From the NCBI RefSeq assembly GCF_001194135.2, contig NC_068984.1:59092323-59156322 (forward strand): a stretch of DNA of 64,000 nt. Reading direction: 5' to 3'. This DNA is from Octopus bimaculoides. Taxonomy: Eukaryota. Below the pieces are notes generated by a model. The model was not told the origin of the DNA and did no database searches. It saw nothing but the letters and a program-made list of their open reading frames with translations. Position 1 is the stretch's first letter, and every line of letters begins with the position of its first letter. Of the stretch, positions 62,672 to 64,000 are shown piece by piece. Position numbers and translations under genes: made by a program.

Positions 62672-63322
62672 TATATATATATATATATATTTGTGTTTGT
62701 GTTTGAATATTCATTTAACTGTGTTCAGTTGTAATGTGTGTTTAATTCATTAATTGGTTGGTGGTTGTTTCTTCTTCATCTTCATCTTTTCTTCTTTTAT
62801 TTCTTTTCTTCATTTCTTCCTTCATATCACTTCATAATCAGCTGGATTCTATACATAGCTCGCAACTACTAATTGAATAGAAGGGAAAAAAGAAGCAAAA
62901 AAAGAAAGAAAAAAAATCAGTAAATTTCCTCACTGAGAATGAAGCAGGAAAAAGTAACTGTTGCATTTTACTGCTACTACTGTCACTGCTGACGATAGTA
63001 ATCATGATGACGATGATGATTATTACGATGACAGAGGTGGTAGTGGTGGAGGGGATCATGATGCTGGTGGTGATGAATTTTATTCTGCCAGTCGCTATCA
63101 GCCAACAGATGGCATGGACAAGGCTACATTATAGTGATGGCATCTTGAAGACACTAAACATTGGTTCACTTAAGACAGAGTTGGGGGTGGCATGTGTGTG
63201 TGTGTGTGCACATGTGTATATCTGCATATGTGTGTACATGTGTAATACATACATACACACATACACACACATGTATTTATGTATGTATATATTTATATGC
63301 ATATATATGATGATTGTTTCAT

Positions 63323-63329
63323 CTTGACA

Positions 63330-63369
<40 letters not shown>

Positions 63370-63398
63370 CATATGTATGTATATATACTTATATATAC

Positions 63399-63450
<52 letters not shown>

Positions 63451-63477
63451 ATATATGTATGTATGTATATATATATG

Positions 63478-63560
<83 letters not shown>

Positions 63561-63571
63561 GTATATATATT
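63323..63571. repeat. Compound (TA)n/(TATG)n microsatellite
   Basis: About 250 bp of TA/TATG. Other long microsatellites: 23601-23679 (CA), 47455-47517 (GATA/GA), 48800-48962 (TA), 49399-49449 (TG), 59073-59134 (TA), 62197-62235 (TG). Confidence 0.95.
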
Positions 63572-63995
63572 CTTTACTCTTTACTCTTTATTCTTTACTT
63601 GTTTCAGTCATTTGACTGCGGCCATGCTGGAGCACCGCCTTTAGTCGAATCAGATCGACCCCAGGACTTATTCTTTGTAAGCCTAGTACTTATTCTATCG
63701 GTCTCTTTTGCCGAACCACTAAGTTACAGGGACCTAAACACACCAGCATCGGTTGTCAAGCGATGTTGGGGGGACAAACACAGATATATAAAATATACAC
63801 ACACATACACATATATACATATACATATATATGACGGGCTTCTTTCAGTTTCCATCTACCAAATCCACTCACAAGGCTTTCGTCGGCCCGAGGCTATAGT
63901 AGAAGACACTTGCCCAAGGTGCCACGCAGTGGGACTGAACCCGGAACCATGTGGTTGGTAAGCAAGCTACTTACCACACAGCCACTCCTGCGCCT
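63572..63995 (-). mobile_element. SINE-A, full length, youngest copy
   Basis: Minus strand AGGCGCAGGAGTGGCTGTGTGGTAAG...GGGTTCAGTCCC...CACCTTGGGCAAGTGTC; tail of (AGTAAAG)-like repeats; CpG-rich. Confidence 0.97.
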
Positions 63996-64000
63996 ATATA

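Noticed and set aside
62950-63130. Asp/Gly-rich open frames (DDDDDYYDDRGGSGGG)
   Set aside because: Cryptic (GAT)/(GGT) trinucleotide low-complexity tract open in several frames; no splice or homology support.
63279-63961. YI/CV/HT-repeat ORFs here and throughout (19.5, 28.9, 39.3, 47.1, 53.7 and 59.0 kb)
   Set aside because: Translations of (TA)n, (TG)n and (CA)n microsatellites and SINEs.

Overview
AT-rich, repeat-dense eukaryotic scaffold with 4 N-gaps. The SINE families, their microsatellite tails and the LINE repertoire point to an octopus genome (inference from recognised repeat consensus; not verified by search). I could not confidently identify any host protein-coding, rRNA or tRNA gene. 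Most listed ORFs come from microsatellites, N-gaps or antisense frames of repeats. The window looks like intronic or intergenic DNA built from transposable elements. It holds more than 25 tRNA-headed SINE copies of several modular families and fragments of at least three RTE-clade LINE lineages. It also holds a 5'-truncated Neptune-like Penelope element (RT, Cys linker, GIY-YIG) with a degenerate minimal hammerhead in its 3' region, and a second orphan hammerhead-like element. DNA transposons include a DD37D (maT), a DD41D (rosa) with an unusual ~285 bp fold-back, an internally deleted pogo with palindromic subterminal motifs, a hAT 3' fragment, a hAT MITE with TSD and TTAA-type MITEs. A few coding-like islands with splice signals (notably 21.8-22.4 kb) may be exons of an unidentified minus-strand gene. 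I found no clearly new biological system. The best leads are the two neighbouring fold-back DNA elements, the hammerhead-like motifs, the module-swapped SINEs and a three-TE chimeric ORF. All coordinates, counts and identities were read by eye, so element boundaries may be off by tens of bases.
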